A stretch of DNA of 64,000 bases, from contig JAQFVV010000009.1 in assembly GCA_028023455.1 (NCBI GenBank), forward strand, positions 2,232,001-2,296,000. Direction: 5' to 3'. The notes below the pieces were generated by a model, which saw nothing but the letters and a program-made list of their open reading frames with translations, did no database searches and was not told the origin of the DNA. The number at the start of each line of letters is the position of its first letter. Position 1 is the stretch's first letter. Source of the stretch: Epiperipatus broadwayi (lineage: Eukaryota > Animalia > Onychophora). Made by a program: the position numbers and the translations under genes. Shown here piece after piece: positions 28,408-40,417 of this stretch.

Positions 28408-29014
28408 AAACCATTAAGCATCACATGATCACTATCTTATACTAGCACATAACTGTTTATAAACAAACTCTCCATACAGTATTGCCACCTGTGCTAACCA
28501 GAGTAATCAATGAATGCCAGAAGGCTTGTGCATAAAATCCCTATCTAATGCCTACTCATCCAATATCCCCAGACTAGTTATGTGCTAGTATAAGATAGTG
28601 ATCATGTGATGCTTAATGGTTTAACACCTATCCTGCCTAATAGAATAGTGGTAGCTATGGTTGTTAAAGAGCTAAAGACACCAAAATGTATGGGTGCTGA
28701 ACTGAGTTCAGAACCATATGACTATATAAGCTATTGAGCTTAGATTGAAAATATTTTTGTGTTTTCAAATTTCATTCTCATAGTTTTGTAGTTAAGTAGA
28801 GGTAAAAGGTGGGTGCTGGAGGGTTGCATTAGATCCTAAGATCTAGGTGCAGTGCTCTCAGATCCAAAGCTCCTCACTGACGATGGCCACAAGCCAGAAA
28901 CTAGTCTGGAGATATTGGATGAGTAGGCATTAGATAGGGATTTTATGCACAAGGCTTCTGGCATTCATTGATTACTCTGGTTAGCACAGGGTGGCAATAC
29001 TGTATGGAGAGTTT
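28408..29014 (+). mobile_element. Second PLE family (HHR family 1): pLTR with inverted partial copy, nested in PLE-A
   Basis: 28408-28454 perfectly inverted at 28576-28622; 28465-28579 inverted at 28899-29014; degenerate ~24-bp target duplication at 28384-28407 / 29017-29040. Confidence 0.8.
28863..28919 (+). ncRNA. Minimal type I hammerhead ribozyme (family 1)
   Basis: CUGACGA-UGGC-CACAA-GCCA-GAAA-CUAG-UC|; palindromic stem III ACUAGU; distal stem I UCCAA/UUGGA. First stem II pair is U-A rather than the canonical G-C. Confidence 0.7.
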
Positions 29015-30386
29015 TGCTTTGTTTGTCTATTTAACATTTTCTTAATAACAGCTGATGAATAACCATTTTTCATAAGAGTTTGTTCTATATAGATCTTTTT
29101 TTTTTCCAAATCACTGGTTTCTGAACAAACTTTTGTTCTGTTCCATAGTGATAGTTTAACTTCATGTTTTGTGTTTCTGGTGTGATTGGATGTATAGGCT
29201 AAGTATTTTTCTGTATAAGTAGTTTTCAGTAAACTAGTTTTGATCTTCCTATGAGAGAGTCTTATCACAATAGCATCTAAGAATGCTAATTTTTGTTCTT
29301 GTTCTGATTCTATTGTGAATTTAATTGAAGGGGATATCTTCACCATGTTACCATGCAACAAATGTATGGAAAAACTTGAAACCTTAGCCATAAAAACTAC
29401 TCCATATCCACTTAAAGTTAGGCTTCACTATGTGGATGATACATTTGTTGTATAGTCACATGGTGAAGCACTGCTACAAACTTTCTGAAAACACATCAAC
29501 AACATATCCCCTTCAATTAAATTCACAATAGAATCAGAACAAGAACAAAAATTGGCATTCTCAGATGTTCTTGTGACAAGACTCTCATGGCAAAATCAAA
29601 ACTACAATTTACCAAAAACCTAAACATACAGGAAATATCTAGCCTATACACCCAATCACACTAGAAACACATAACATGGAGTTGCACTATGACTATAGAG
29701 CACAGCAAAAGAAGTTTCTTCAGAAAGCAGCAATTTGGAAAAAGAAAAGATCTATATAGAACAAACTTATGAAAAATGATTATTCCTTAGCTGTTATTAA
29801 GAAAATATTAAATAGACAACAAAAAGAACCATCAAGAGAAAAGACTAAATGGTATTGTATTTATACCCATGCATTCCAAAAATAGCAGAAAAATTAAAGA
29901 AAATTTGCAATCAGTATAACATTAGAACAGCTTTTCAGAGCTATATCACACTATGAGGAATTCTAACACCTACAAAGCCTAAACTTGAAATGCTGAAAAG
30001 AAAAAACTGTATCTATTATATATCATGTGAATGTGGAGAACATATGTTGGTGAGACCAGTTGTCCCATTGAAAAGTGATTGCAAGAACACAAACTGATAA
30101 TTAGAAGAGAGAAAACAGATGTGTCTAAGGTAGCAGATTATGTACATGCTAATGAGCATATGTTTAATTGGGAAATACAAAAATATTGGATAGAGAAGAA
30201 AAGGTATAAAGAAGATAATTTAAAGAATTTGCTCACATGACAATGACAAAAAATCCCACAAGTCAACCTAGTGTGACTATACATAATATATGGAAACTAC
30301 TAATCAACTTTGCTCTTAGGAAACTGGAGAAATCAGGATGAACCTCATAGATAAGTTATATGAAATTTCTACAGACTGATGCCTTT

Positions 30387-30470
30387 GGCAGGATAGCTCA
30401 ATTGGTTAGAACATTACCTTAAAATTCAATACTCAAGAATCTAAGGGTCCAGGTTCGAATCCATTCTAGT
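30387..30470 (+). promoter_or_regulatory. tRNA-Lys-like Pol III promoter (A box 30394-30405, B box 30452-30462) in PLE-A pLTR
   Basis: GGATAGCTCAATTGGTTAGAACAT...AATCTAAGGGTCCAGGTTCGAATCC matches the tRNA-Lys(TTT) arms, with extra sequence in the anticodon region. Confidence 0.8.
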
Positions 30471-30493
30471 ACTGTCACTGGTCAGGCCAGCAA

Positions 30494-30536
30494 CACCTGA
30501 ATAAGAGGGAAGAATAATATCTTTTGAAATGTTGTG
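30494..30536 (+). ncRNA. Decayed minimal hammerhead ribozyme (family 3, PLE-A pLTR)
   Basis: CAC-CTGA..AGA-GGGA...TTTT-GAAATGTT-GTG. The three-copy consensus is CAC-CTGAAGA-GGGA...TCTC-GAAACGTT|GTG (other copies at 27713-27757 and 48465-48507, minus strand). Confidence 0.6.
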
Positions 30537-30669
30537 CATATACTAATCTGTTTGATGTGCTATTACTAACAGTTGAATGTATTTGAAATATTTAAATAAA
30601 GTTAAATTTTTCTAAAGACATTCAATACGCATATTAAATAATGGAAATAGTCGAATATAAAAATAAAAA

Positions 30670-33600
30670 TGTAATACATCTATATCATTTAGACATTTAC
30701 TGTATATCTTTACCAACAATTTTTCTATTTCTTCACTTGTTTTTTTTTTTTTTTTAGATATTGATTATAATTTCCATCATTTCTTGAAACTTTCCTCTTC
30801 ATAGATTTAATTGAACATCTCACTTTTTCATTTAAAATGCTGGGCAATTCAGAAGATGTAGTAATTGCAGAGGATATTTTGTTTTCTTGTTTTTTATTAC
30901 TGTATATATTTTTTATAAAACTTTTACAAAGTTAATGATATCATCTTTCTTTGTTCCATCTTTTTATTGCAGAAATATTTCCTACCAATATTAAGATTTT
31001 GTTTTATACTTTTAATATTTATATTCTCGTCTATAACTTTCCTTGTTAATTCACAATTATATTTTCTTATCTCATAATTAATTCTTTTATCATTTTGCAA
31101 AATTCTAGATATTCAATTCTTCTTAATGGAAAATTTTTATATTTTTTCATATTTCTTCTTGTCTCAGCAAAAAAATTTACAGATAAATTTTCAATAGTAT
31201 ATACTCTTTTCATATAATTATGTAATTCCAATAAACTTGTATTGTTCAAGTTAATCTGAAAAGGTAAATCAAAATATAAGAAAGTCCTAGTTTCCAGAAT
31301 CATAGTGCTGAGTAAGAATGAGCAGTTAGAAATATGCTTTTATATTAGCATGGTCCAATATATAAATTAAGCTCTATATATAAATGAAGTGATTAGATAT
31401 TCAGTTTTTTCAATAATGGGATACAGGAATCTTTTTTATTAATGGAATGTGGATCCCTTGCAATAGGCCAAGCCTCTTTATATTTTTTTCCTGTCATCCC
31501 TCTTTGCAAAATTGAAGGGAGAAAAGTTGTGACCCATAGTAAGATCATGATTGAAAAAGATCACCTGTATTAGCAGTTTTGTTTAGCTTTGTTGTATAAA
31601 TACGTGTGCTGGGTTATTCTCATTGATTTGTTGACACATGATTCTCTATAATACACAGAACTACAGGATGGGATGGTGGATGAAATTTTATATATAATGA
31701 GGAGTGTGTTGACAATGATCTTGTCTTTTGCATTATTTAAGATGTTAAGTGAGGGGGTGATCTGTAACTAATTCTGTATGTGTCCATGTAAATATTTCAA
31801 AGATTTTTTGCAATCCAAGGATTTAACAGATCTCAAATACAACCATAACACACTCATAAAATCAGGTGGAAAATTTTATGCTAATATAAATAAAGTTGCA
31901 AACAATAATGACATGGCCAAAGCATGGATAAGCCTGCCATATATCCTTTGGATTGCAAAAAACCTTTGAAATATTTGTGAATACACTTGCAGAGTTAGCT
32001 TCAGATTGCCCCCCCCCCCCACACACACACTTAACAATCTATTTAACAACGCAAAAGATAGGATCTTTGTTGAGCATACTCCTCATATCATACACAAAAA
32101 TTTCATGCCAATCCCATCCTGTAGTTCTGTGCATTGTTGTGAATCTCATGCCAACAGATTGATGAGAACTGCCCAACCCAGGTATTTATACAATAAAGCT
32201 AAACAAAATTGCGAATATAGATCTTTTTTTTTCTCCCTACAATGTAAATATTATTTGCTGAGGGTGACGATATAAAAAGTAAATATAAAGAGATTTGTGC
32301 TACTGCAAGGGATCCACATTCCATCAATGAAAAAGATTCCTAATATCCCATTATCAAAAAAATTGAACATCTAATTGCTTCATTTATATATTGGACCATG
32401 CTAATATAAAGGCATATTTGTAGTTGCACATTCTTATTTGGCACTATGATTCTGGAGTTATCTGCCAAAAGCTGGCTCAGTGCATTTAAGATTTATATTT
32501 TGATTTACCATTTCAGATTAATTTGAACAATACAAGTTTCTTAGAATTACTGGTAAATTGTAAATTACATTTTTTTTCTTTACCAGTTATCTTTGCTGTG
32601 ATTCTTAATAGAGTATCAGTTATATTTCTATTGATGTCATGCAAATTTAAAACAACTTCAAAATCTGTTAATATTTTTAAACAATTTGCAAATTCTAATA
32701 AAAATTAATTGGAATACTTCTGGAGGTTAGATATATCAACAATGAATAGTATTTTTCTTAATAATTTTAATCTTATTTTGCACTAACATATCTCACATCT
32801 TCATTGGTGCATGATAATTTCCTGAGTTGAATCTATTAAGAACACATTTTCTGTTCTCAAAATATAATCCAATTGACTTTTATCCTCATTTATATTCTCC
32901 TATGTCCATTTCCGTTTAGCATTTTCTCAAAAAATTCATAATATAAAGTTTTTCAAAAGTATATATCCTTTTATTTGTCTTACCTTAACCAAATTTACTC
33001 ACAGCACTTTCAATCATTTACTAATTCTCATTAAAATTTTGCATGACAATTTCAAATGTTTGGTCTTATCAGAAGTATTTTGCACATCCATATAAAAATC
33101 CTCTACTTCATCATAATGAGAACTTGTTGAGGCATAAACTTAAATTATTTGCATTTGATATCTATTATTGAGTTAAATAAAACATTCTGCCACCCTGTCT
33201 GATATACCATCAATCTCCACAATGTTATTCTTTCATTTTTTTTTTTATTTATAATGAATCCCATTCCACATGTGCTTGAAATATTTGTGCCTTTGTAGTA
33301 AAATACATATCCATTTTTTAAAATCAATTATCTTTTCATCTTTTCTTTACAAAGTTCAACAATATCCCACTTATTGGACAATTCTTCTTTTAGTTCATGC
33401 AATCTTTATTTACTTAAATGTGATCTAAGGATAATTTTCAAATTAGCAGTCCCTGCAACAATTATATGGTTTTTCACACCCTCATTAGCAGATAATTGCT
33501 GCTTTGGCTCATGACTATATATAGCTTCTTGCTAATAAAGGTCATAATTTGAATTTTTTCTATCATGACTAAAAATCATTGTCACACACATACATTCAGC

Positions 33601-33700
33601 ATTCAAGAAATATCAACTGATATTTCAGTTAAAAACTATTAAGAAGAAAGTCCATGTTGTCTTTTAATTTTAAACTCGGAGGTAAAAAAAACCAAATTCA
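30670..33700 (-). mobile_element. Decayed RTE-type LINE 5' half (APE endonuclease), interrupted by PLE-B
   Basis: ILKNGYVFYYKG..STCGMGFIINKK (ORF 33145..33327); 5'UTR motif tttcagttaaaaactat shared with two other copies. Confidence 0.7.
31215..32555. mobile_element. Penelope-like element B: head-to-head inverted duplication of linker, GIY-YIG and 3' end
   Basis: Plus arm (~31800-32555) encodes WISLPYILWIAKNL and TLNNLFNNAKDRI..HIIHK..PSCSSV..ES. 31215-31822 is its diverged reverse complement (CSSVY..ESC). Confidence 0.75.
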
Positions 33701-34979
33701 CCATGCTTGCTGACACATATTGGGAAGCAGACCATCCATGTTCATGTACTATGTGAACAATCATATAGTAATAGCAACTGCAATTATAAGAACATATGGG
33801 ATGGAAATTAGGAACATGTTTTGCTCAGTTTCTGTGAGGCAACAAGGAGAAAGAATTAAAAGGTATCCCTTAGTTAACAGCAAAATCCTTTCTACAGCCA
33901 TGGAAAATGTATCAGAATGGAAATTGGCAATAGTTTTGATGTTTTACTAATGTCAGAGAGATGCTAGAAAGCCTTAGTGACCAAACATAAGAAATGCCTA
34001 TTCATTGGAAAATGAATCTCAATACCAAAGAACTGAGATTCATTTTGTAAAGAGCAGACACTTCACATTATTTCTCATTAAGACTTTCCAGTCCCTCTCT
34101 GATAATAATAAAACTTCAGAGTTATTGCCAATTTCTATGCTAATATGTTTTCCTTGGCTACTAAAAGGAGTTTGCTGTTACCTGAAAGGACACCCTTTAA
34201 TTCCTCCTCTTTGTTTTTTTATCTTTGAGATTAAGAAATAGCTTGAATGTTACTGAGCAATTCTGCCAGCTGCAATTTCAAGAATGGAATAGTAATAGAA
34301 CGCTATATTATATTAATAGCAACTGGAAAATCATTGACTGAGTCAAACTGAGAACTAAATATGTTGATTCTTAACAAGTATGTGAGTGAAAAAATTATTG
34401 TAGGAGGTGGGGAATATGGGGTTTAAAATGTGGGGGGATATGAACTAGATATAACTTGTGTAAGGTATGAGTTGAGAGGAAAAATCATGAAGTGTCTCAA
34501 GATAAAAAAATCTTAGCCATATGTTAACTATTTGCATCACTATAGTTTCGAAAAAATCTTGATGAGCAAATCAAAATCAGGCAAAGATTAGAAAACTGAA
34601 AAGAATAAACTATGACATATGCAATGTTTGTAGCATTTCAACTATAACAAAGACACTTTTTGAAACATATTTTGGAAATAAAGGCCTTTAAAATATTTTA
34701 TATGATGTAATGAATAATTTGCACATTTTGACAAATGACAAGAAATATTTTTAATTATTATTTAGTATTCTTTTATTACTTTCAACTAACTTCAGCACTA
34801 TGTGTATATATATATATAATTGCTGCAAGAAAAATATGTAATAAATAGACTAGAAATTATACACATTATAGCCTGGAGGGTGTTGACACTTTACCAACTT
34901 AATAATTCTCTAACAAACAATAGCAAGATACTTTGGATGATTAATAATTGAAATTCTAACTTTATTAATTATGAGTTAA

Positions 34980-35310
34980 ACCACTAAACATCACATGATC
35001 GCCATTTCTTATGCTTGCTCTTAACTGTCAAAACTTCATACAGTAGTGCCACTCAGTGCAAGCCAGAGTAATCAGACTCATAGTTTTGTAGTTAAGTAGA
35101 GATAAAAGGTGACTGCTAAATGGTTGCATTAAGATGATCTTAAGATCCAAGGCTCCTTACTGATGAAAACCACAAGCTAGAAACTAGTCTGGGGATATTG
35201 GATGAGTAGACAGTAGATAGAATTTTATGCACAAACCTTCTGGCATCCATTGATTACTCTGTCTTGCCCTGAGTGGCATTACTGTATGGAGAGAGTTTTG
35301 TCTGTTTTAA
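34980..35310 (+). mobile_element. Second copy of the family-1 PLE pLTR with inverted partial copy and HHR (35146-35202)
   Basis: Homologous to 28788-29014; CUGAUGA-AAAC-CACAA-GCUA-GAAACUAGUC with stem II disrupted; inverted segment 34980-35076. Confidence 0.78.
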
Positions 35311-35329
35311 TTATGAATTAATTAATTTT

Positions 35330-38100
35330 TTTTAAAAAGATTTCTAATTACTTATGATCTGAAAAAATTTCAGCGGTTCTTAAATTTAAGTTGAGGGCAT
35401 AATGTATAGATGTTTTACATCATGCACAATGAGGCTGTATATTATATCATCATTATCAAATACTATCAGTTCATTTCAGAATAAAGTTTTCTCCAGGTTT
35501 AATCCAGTTATTCCAATCTCTAACTTCTCCAAACCATACCATAAAACTTCTCTATTTCATCCATTGATCTCACATGTGGATTCTTTTTAAGTCTTAAATT
35601 TCTTGGAATCCAATTTAAAACTTTATCTGACTATCTACTACTATCTCTTTCTGAAATATATCCAGCATTTTTCTATCTTAATTCTTTTACTGATGTCAAT
35701 AAAATCTGTTTGATGTCTAACACATATATAATATTTTCGCTATACTAGCAATCCAAATCTCAACTCTACAAATAACTGGCAAATATTAAATTATTTCTAT
35801 TAAAAGAACTCCATTAAAGTTTAATTCTATAATTATTTTCATTCACTGTGTTTTTATCTGTGTTAATAATCTGACCAAAATATTTATAATTGTTAATCTC
35901 TTCTAATTCATGATCATCAGTCTTTATTTTCTTGTGAAAAAATTCATTGAATACTACTCGTCTTTTTAACATTTATCTTTAGTCCTACTTTTTTATTTTT
36001 ATCTGATAACTTTTGTAATATTTTCTGAAGTATTATTTGCAAAAACAACCACAGTATCTGCAAAATCCAGGTAACTTAAATAATCTCCATTTATTTTTAC
36101 TCCCTTAACTTCCCATTTTAATCCACAAAATACTTCTTGTAAAACTTTTGTAAAAACTTCTATAGAATTACAAAATCCTACACAAACTTTTTCAATGTTA
36201 ATCTTTTTAATAGCACCATGTAATCTAATCATTGCTGTTTAATTTTGGTATATATTCTTCAAAATTTGACAGTATCCTGGTTCTATACTTTGTTGATGTA
36301 ATATTTCAATCATGATAGAAATACTTATAAAATTAAATGTTTTTTCATAATCTACATCCAAGGAATAATGGTAATTCATATTGATTGCACTTTTCTATAA
36401 CTTTTCACAATATTTGGATGTAATCCACTGAGTTAAAATCACATCAATCCAAGATATTTCTGATTGAATGAATTGTAGTTATCATGATAAACATTTTGTA
36501 GAAAATTTATAGAAGATTGATAGCTCTGTGATTTCTAATATCATTAATACCTTTTTTTTTAATTATCAATATTACTATTGCATTCTTCCAATCATCTGAT
36601 ACATCTTTATCATTACTATATAATTTTTTATAGAACTCTTCCACATATTTATGATGTCATCTTTCTTTTTAATAATACTTCCACCTTTTCTTTTTATTGT
36701 ATAAAAAGTTTTCCTTTCTATAAGATTTTACATTTTTGATACTTTATTTTTTTATAGCTTTCTTTGCCAATTCATAAATTATATTTTCTTATATCATTGT
36801 TAACTCATATAATTTTGTAAAACTATAGATAATCTTGTTAATCAATGATTTTAAAAAGAAACCATATTTCATCTTTGTATTTTCCTCTCGTGAGTATGAA
36901 ATTTACTGATAAATTACTGTCTTTTTGTAGCAACTATATTTTATGCAGTTCTTATTGTTATATCAGTTATCTTAAAAATTTCAGTCAAATCTGAATCATT
37001 TTCAAAGTCGATTAATATTTTAAAACAATTTAAATGTTTTAATTTAAATTCATTGGAGTGTTTCTGAAGATTACGGATATTAACCATTCCTATTAACTTT
37101 CTTAATAGTTTTCATTTCTCTAATTTTGCATTAACACATAATATCTATATATTATATCTAACATGTATCTTATATTTCAGTTATCAATCACTTTTTATGC
37201 TGAATCTATTAAGAACATTATATTCTTAAAATATATTTTTTCTTTTAGGAAAAATATAATCTAATTCTATTGTATCTTCATTTGGATATTTTCAAGTCCA
37301 ATTCTTTCTCAAAAAAAAAAAAAAATTCATAATATATGGGGTTTTTTTGTGACTCCATAAGTATTTTCATCTTTCAATCATTTACCAAAATGTTTGTCTG
37401 ATCAAAAACATTTTGCATATTGATATAAAAATTTTATATTTCTTCATCACAATGGAAACTTACAGAGGCATACATCTGATTTTTTTGCATTTGGTATATT
37501 CTACCAAATTGAATAATTATTCTTGACACATTATCTGATATATCATCAATCTCCGCAGTGTCATTCTTCCACTTTTTATTTATAATGAATTCCACTTTAT
37601 TTGTGCTTCTATTATATGACTTTGTAATAAAGTGCAGTACATATCCACTTTTCAAATTAATTGTCGCTTAAAATCTTTTAACTTCACAAAGTGCAACAAT
37701 GACCAACTTAATGTTAGATATTTCTTCCAATCTTTCTTTATACCTACATAAAAAATCAACATCCAATGACAGACCACCTAGGTCCATAATCAGAGGATTC
37801 CTAGTGCTCTGCCTCCAGCATCAAATTGTTGCATTTGACGATTTTATAGTCACCTAATAATATGAACCATAATTTAGTTTTGTATGTCAAGATTGTAACA
37901 TAAAAAGAAGTGATCATTCACACAGATATGAATTCTGTCTTCAAGAAAACTCAAATGATATTTCAGTTAAAAACTATCAGATATCTGAGGAGAAAGCACA
38001 ATAAATCAATGATCTTAAATCAGAAGTAAAAAAATCAATAAATTTATCTCAGTCATATATACATATTGGTGAGCATCCCATCCATATTTGTCTACTATAT
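35330..38100 (-). mobile_element. Near full-length decayed RTE-type LINE
   Basis: Endonuclease (ORF 37434..37655, VEFIINKKWKN), RT (ORF 35999..36232, WEVKGVKINGDYLSYLDFAD) and the 5'UTR motif at ~37960. Confidence 0.85.
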
Positions 38101-38628
38101 GATTAATCAAACACACACACACATATATATATATATTTCTGGATCTCAAAACCTTATAGCAGTTTATGGGAAGTAATTTTTAAGATTAAAATTGGGAAGC
38201 CAATATTCATATTTTGTACAGCTCCAATAATATATATTCTTTATAAATCTCTGTTCAACATTCTTTTACTACTCGGGAAGATTCTACATTTAAATTTATA
38301 GAACAAAGAAAGGAAATTTAACCAATCTTTATTTTTGAAGAAATAGTACATTTGAGAAAGTTTATTAGTAACTTGCTGCTTATTTTTATTTTACCTTTGA
38401 TTTGAAGCTTGGAAATCACAGGCGATTAAAAAACATCCCGAATTACTTACAATGGAATAGAAACGAGTAGTAATTGAGTTGATAGTGAGAATTTTATTTT
38501 AAGGCTTTTATATATATGAAGAATAAAAAAGAATCTGGTGCTATAAATCAAGTGATAAAAAATATAAAGGAATCAAGCAGCATTTCTAGCCACACCTTTC
38601 TGCAAGTTATATATCACTATTTGATCTC

Positions 38629-39579
38629 CTAATTACATGGGTTTGGTATGGGCTGTGCATATTGCCTGTTGAATATCTTCTTTGCCTTTTCCATGGTGGT
38701 ATCCCATTTCTTTGGTGGTGGGTCATAGTTGTTATAATTTCGAGGAGGCATTCTAGGCCCATCATCTTTTCTATAGGGAGGTTTGTTTTGTGGTTGCTTT
38801 GCTCCTCCTTCCTTGGTTGCTGATGCACCACAGCTATCATATGCTGTTAGTAGTTCAGCAATCTGCTCAATAGATTGATGATCATCCCCAATTAGCATTC
38901 TTTCTATGTAATGTGGGAAGCTGTGCCGTATCAATCTAATAATCTGGAGTTCAGATAGGGGGTCAGATGTCAAGGCTCTTAACCTGGCCACCTGTCTTCT
39001 AAAGAAGGGTGTATAAGGCTCTCCAGGTGGACATTTCTCCTGGGACACCTTACATTTAATCCCCTCCTGATAATCATCGTTCCAGTAGCAGCTCATTAGT
39101 GCTCCTTTAAAATCATAAAAATTTATAGGTTGGGTGAACGGTGAATCCCACCATGCTTGTGCTGCACCTTGAAGATGACTACATGCTATTGCCAGTTTTG
39201 CCTCTTCTGTCAATACATTAATACTAAAGTATCTCTCCAAACTTTTCACGTAATCTATAGGTGCTTCATTACAGCTCCCTGAAAAAGTTCTGATTTTTAA
39301 GAATTGATTTACAATTCCAGACATCTGGTTAGTTATAGGGACATCATGACTAACTTGATGATTCTCTTTTTGGCTTTCTTTTGGGACTGTTTCTGCCTTT
39401 CCTTGTTTAGGCAATATATTGCTATTTTTTATTTCTATCTCTTTCATCTGGGTGGTCAATATATCCACCTTCTCCTGCATGGGTTCTTGAATTCTTATTA
39501 TTTTTGTATCCATGGCCTCACATATCTGGGTCATTTTGACTTCTTGCTCTATTAATGAGCCTTTTACTTCCTCAATCAC
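38629..39579 (-). CDS. Ty3/gypsy Gag capsid ORF (316 aa; first ATG at 39534 gives 301 aa), likely a TE relic
   Basis: FSG..EAPIDYVKSLERYF...HLQGAAQAWW...FKGALMSCYW...FFRRQVARL..L (retrotransposon-gag/Arc-like CA pattern); no pol downstream. Confidence 0.85.
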   Translation of the reverse strand: MIEEVKGSLIEQEVKMTQICEAMDTKIIRIQEPMQEKVDILTTQMKEIEIKNSNILPKQGKAETVPKESQKENHQVSHDVPITNQMSGIVNQFLKIRTFSGSCNEAPIDYVKSLERYFSINVLTEEAKLAIACSHLQGAAQAWWDSPFTQPINFYDFKGALMSCYWNDDYQEGIKCKVSQEKCPPGEPYTPFFRRQVARLRALTSDPLSELQIIRLIRHSFPHYIERMLIGDDHQSIEQIAELLTAYDSCGASATKEGGAKQPQNKPPYRKDDGPRMPPRNYNNYDPPPKKWDTTMEKAKKIFNRQYAQPIPNPCN

Positions 39580-39639
39580 TTCCTCCTTAATTTTTAATAT
39601 TTTGTTAGTCTTTTATTAACTGGTCGAACTTTTCATTTT

Positions 39640-40010
39640 GGCTTTCAGTTATTTCTCTGATTTGTTCTTTCAATTCTCTTTTGTCTTCTTCTCTCTGTTT
39701 GTCTCTTTTCTTGTTGTCTTTTTCTGTGTTCACTATGTTCTTTTTTCTTTCTCTTTTTTCTTGTTGTCTTCTTCTCTTTCTTTATTTTTTCTTGTTATCT
39801 TCCTCTCTTTTCTTGTTGTCTTCTTCTCCCTGTTCCTCTCTTTTCTTGTTATCTTCTTCTCTCTGTTCATTATGTTTTTATCTTCCTCTCTTTTCTTGTT
39901 GTCTTCTTCTCTTTCTTTATATCTTTTCTTGTTATCTTCCTCTCTCTTCTTGTTATCTTCTTCTCTCTGTTCTTTGTTATTTTCTTTTATCATTTCTATT
40001 AACTGGGCTC
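39640..40010 (-). repeat. ~10 copies of a 21-nt/7-aa REEDNKK repeat in the disrupted Gag N-terminus
   Basis: gaaga(c/t)aacaagaaaa units; ORF 39733..39993 shows REEDNKK repeats; an upstream in-frame TGA and frameshifts are present. Confidence 0.85.
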
Positions 40011-40397
40011 ACATGGATGTCTCTCCTGTTTTCTGTGATTGTTTTTGATCGTCTGCTTTGTCTTCTTGTTTATCTTCTTTCTCAGGAAGATTCTCTATAC
40101 TTTCTGTATTCATCATCTTTTTTACTTTTGAATATTTTTTTAAAATTTTATTTGTACTTTTTTATTTCAATTTTGATAAGGTTCTCTCTACATCCATACC
40201 ATGATTTAACTCCAAATCTTTGTTATGCCTGTTTTATTCTTTATCTATCATTTATGCCATTCATTTTTATGTTGTTTTTCTTTTAAAATTTTATTTTCCC
40301 ACCCCTTTTGAATAAATCACATCACTGCATCATATGCACTGCTCATATCACAAAATCACGATCTGCTTATGCCTATGGATAGGCTAGCTAGATAAGG

Positions 40398-40415
40398 GCT
40401 CACAGTAGGGCGACA
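40398..40415 (-). promoter_or_regulatory. Degenerate primer-binding site, tRNA-Lys(CTT)-like
   Basis: TGTCGCCCTACTGTGAGC versus TGGCGCCCAAC-GTGGGGC, 2 nt after the LTR end. Confidence 0.55.
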
Positions 40416-40417
40416 AA

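Larger units (their letters stand above)
27548..29366 (-). mobile_element. Penelope-like element A, left (inverted) arm: RT C-terminus, GIY-YIG, tRNA-like head, HHR, tail
   Basis: ORF 28981..29391 (SPSIKFTIESEQEQKLAFLD...KNGYS). 27905-28400 is the reverse complement of the GIY-YIG region 29820-30330. Interrupted by the insertion at 28408-29014. Confidence 0.88.
29357..30665 (+). mobile_element. Penelope-like element A, right arm: RT, GIY-YIG endonuclease and pLTR (decayed)
   Basis: MEKLETLAIKTTPYPLKVRLHYVDDTFVV, SPSIKFTIESE, NCIYYISCECG..YVGET...QEH; followed directly by the tRNA-like head and HHR. Confidence 0.92.

Noticed and set aside
30387-30470. Functional tRNA-Lys gene (also 27780-27860)
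   Set aside because: Extra sequence in the anticodon arm, no closing acceptor stem, and it is embedded in a repeat; treated as a tRNA-derived promoter.
38400-38470. Minus-strand GTAAGT donor with a few CpGs downstream of gag
   Set aside because: No acceptor or open frame defines an exon; could be chance.
39638-40286. Plus-strand hydrophobic ORFs of 136 and 201 aa
   Set aside because: They are antisense shadows of the purine-rich gag repeat.
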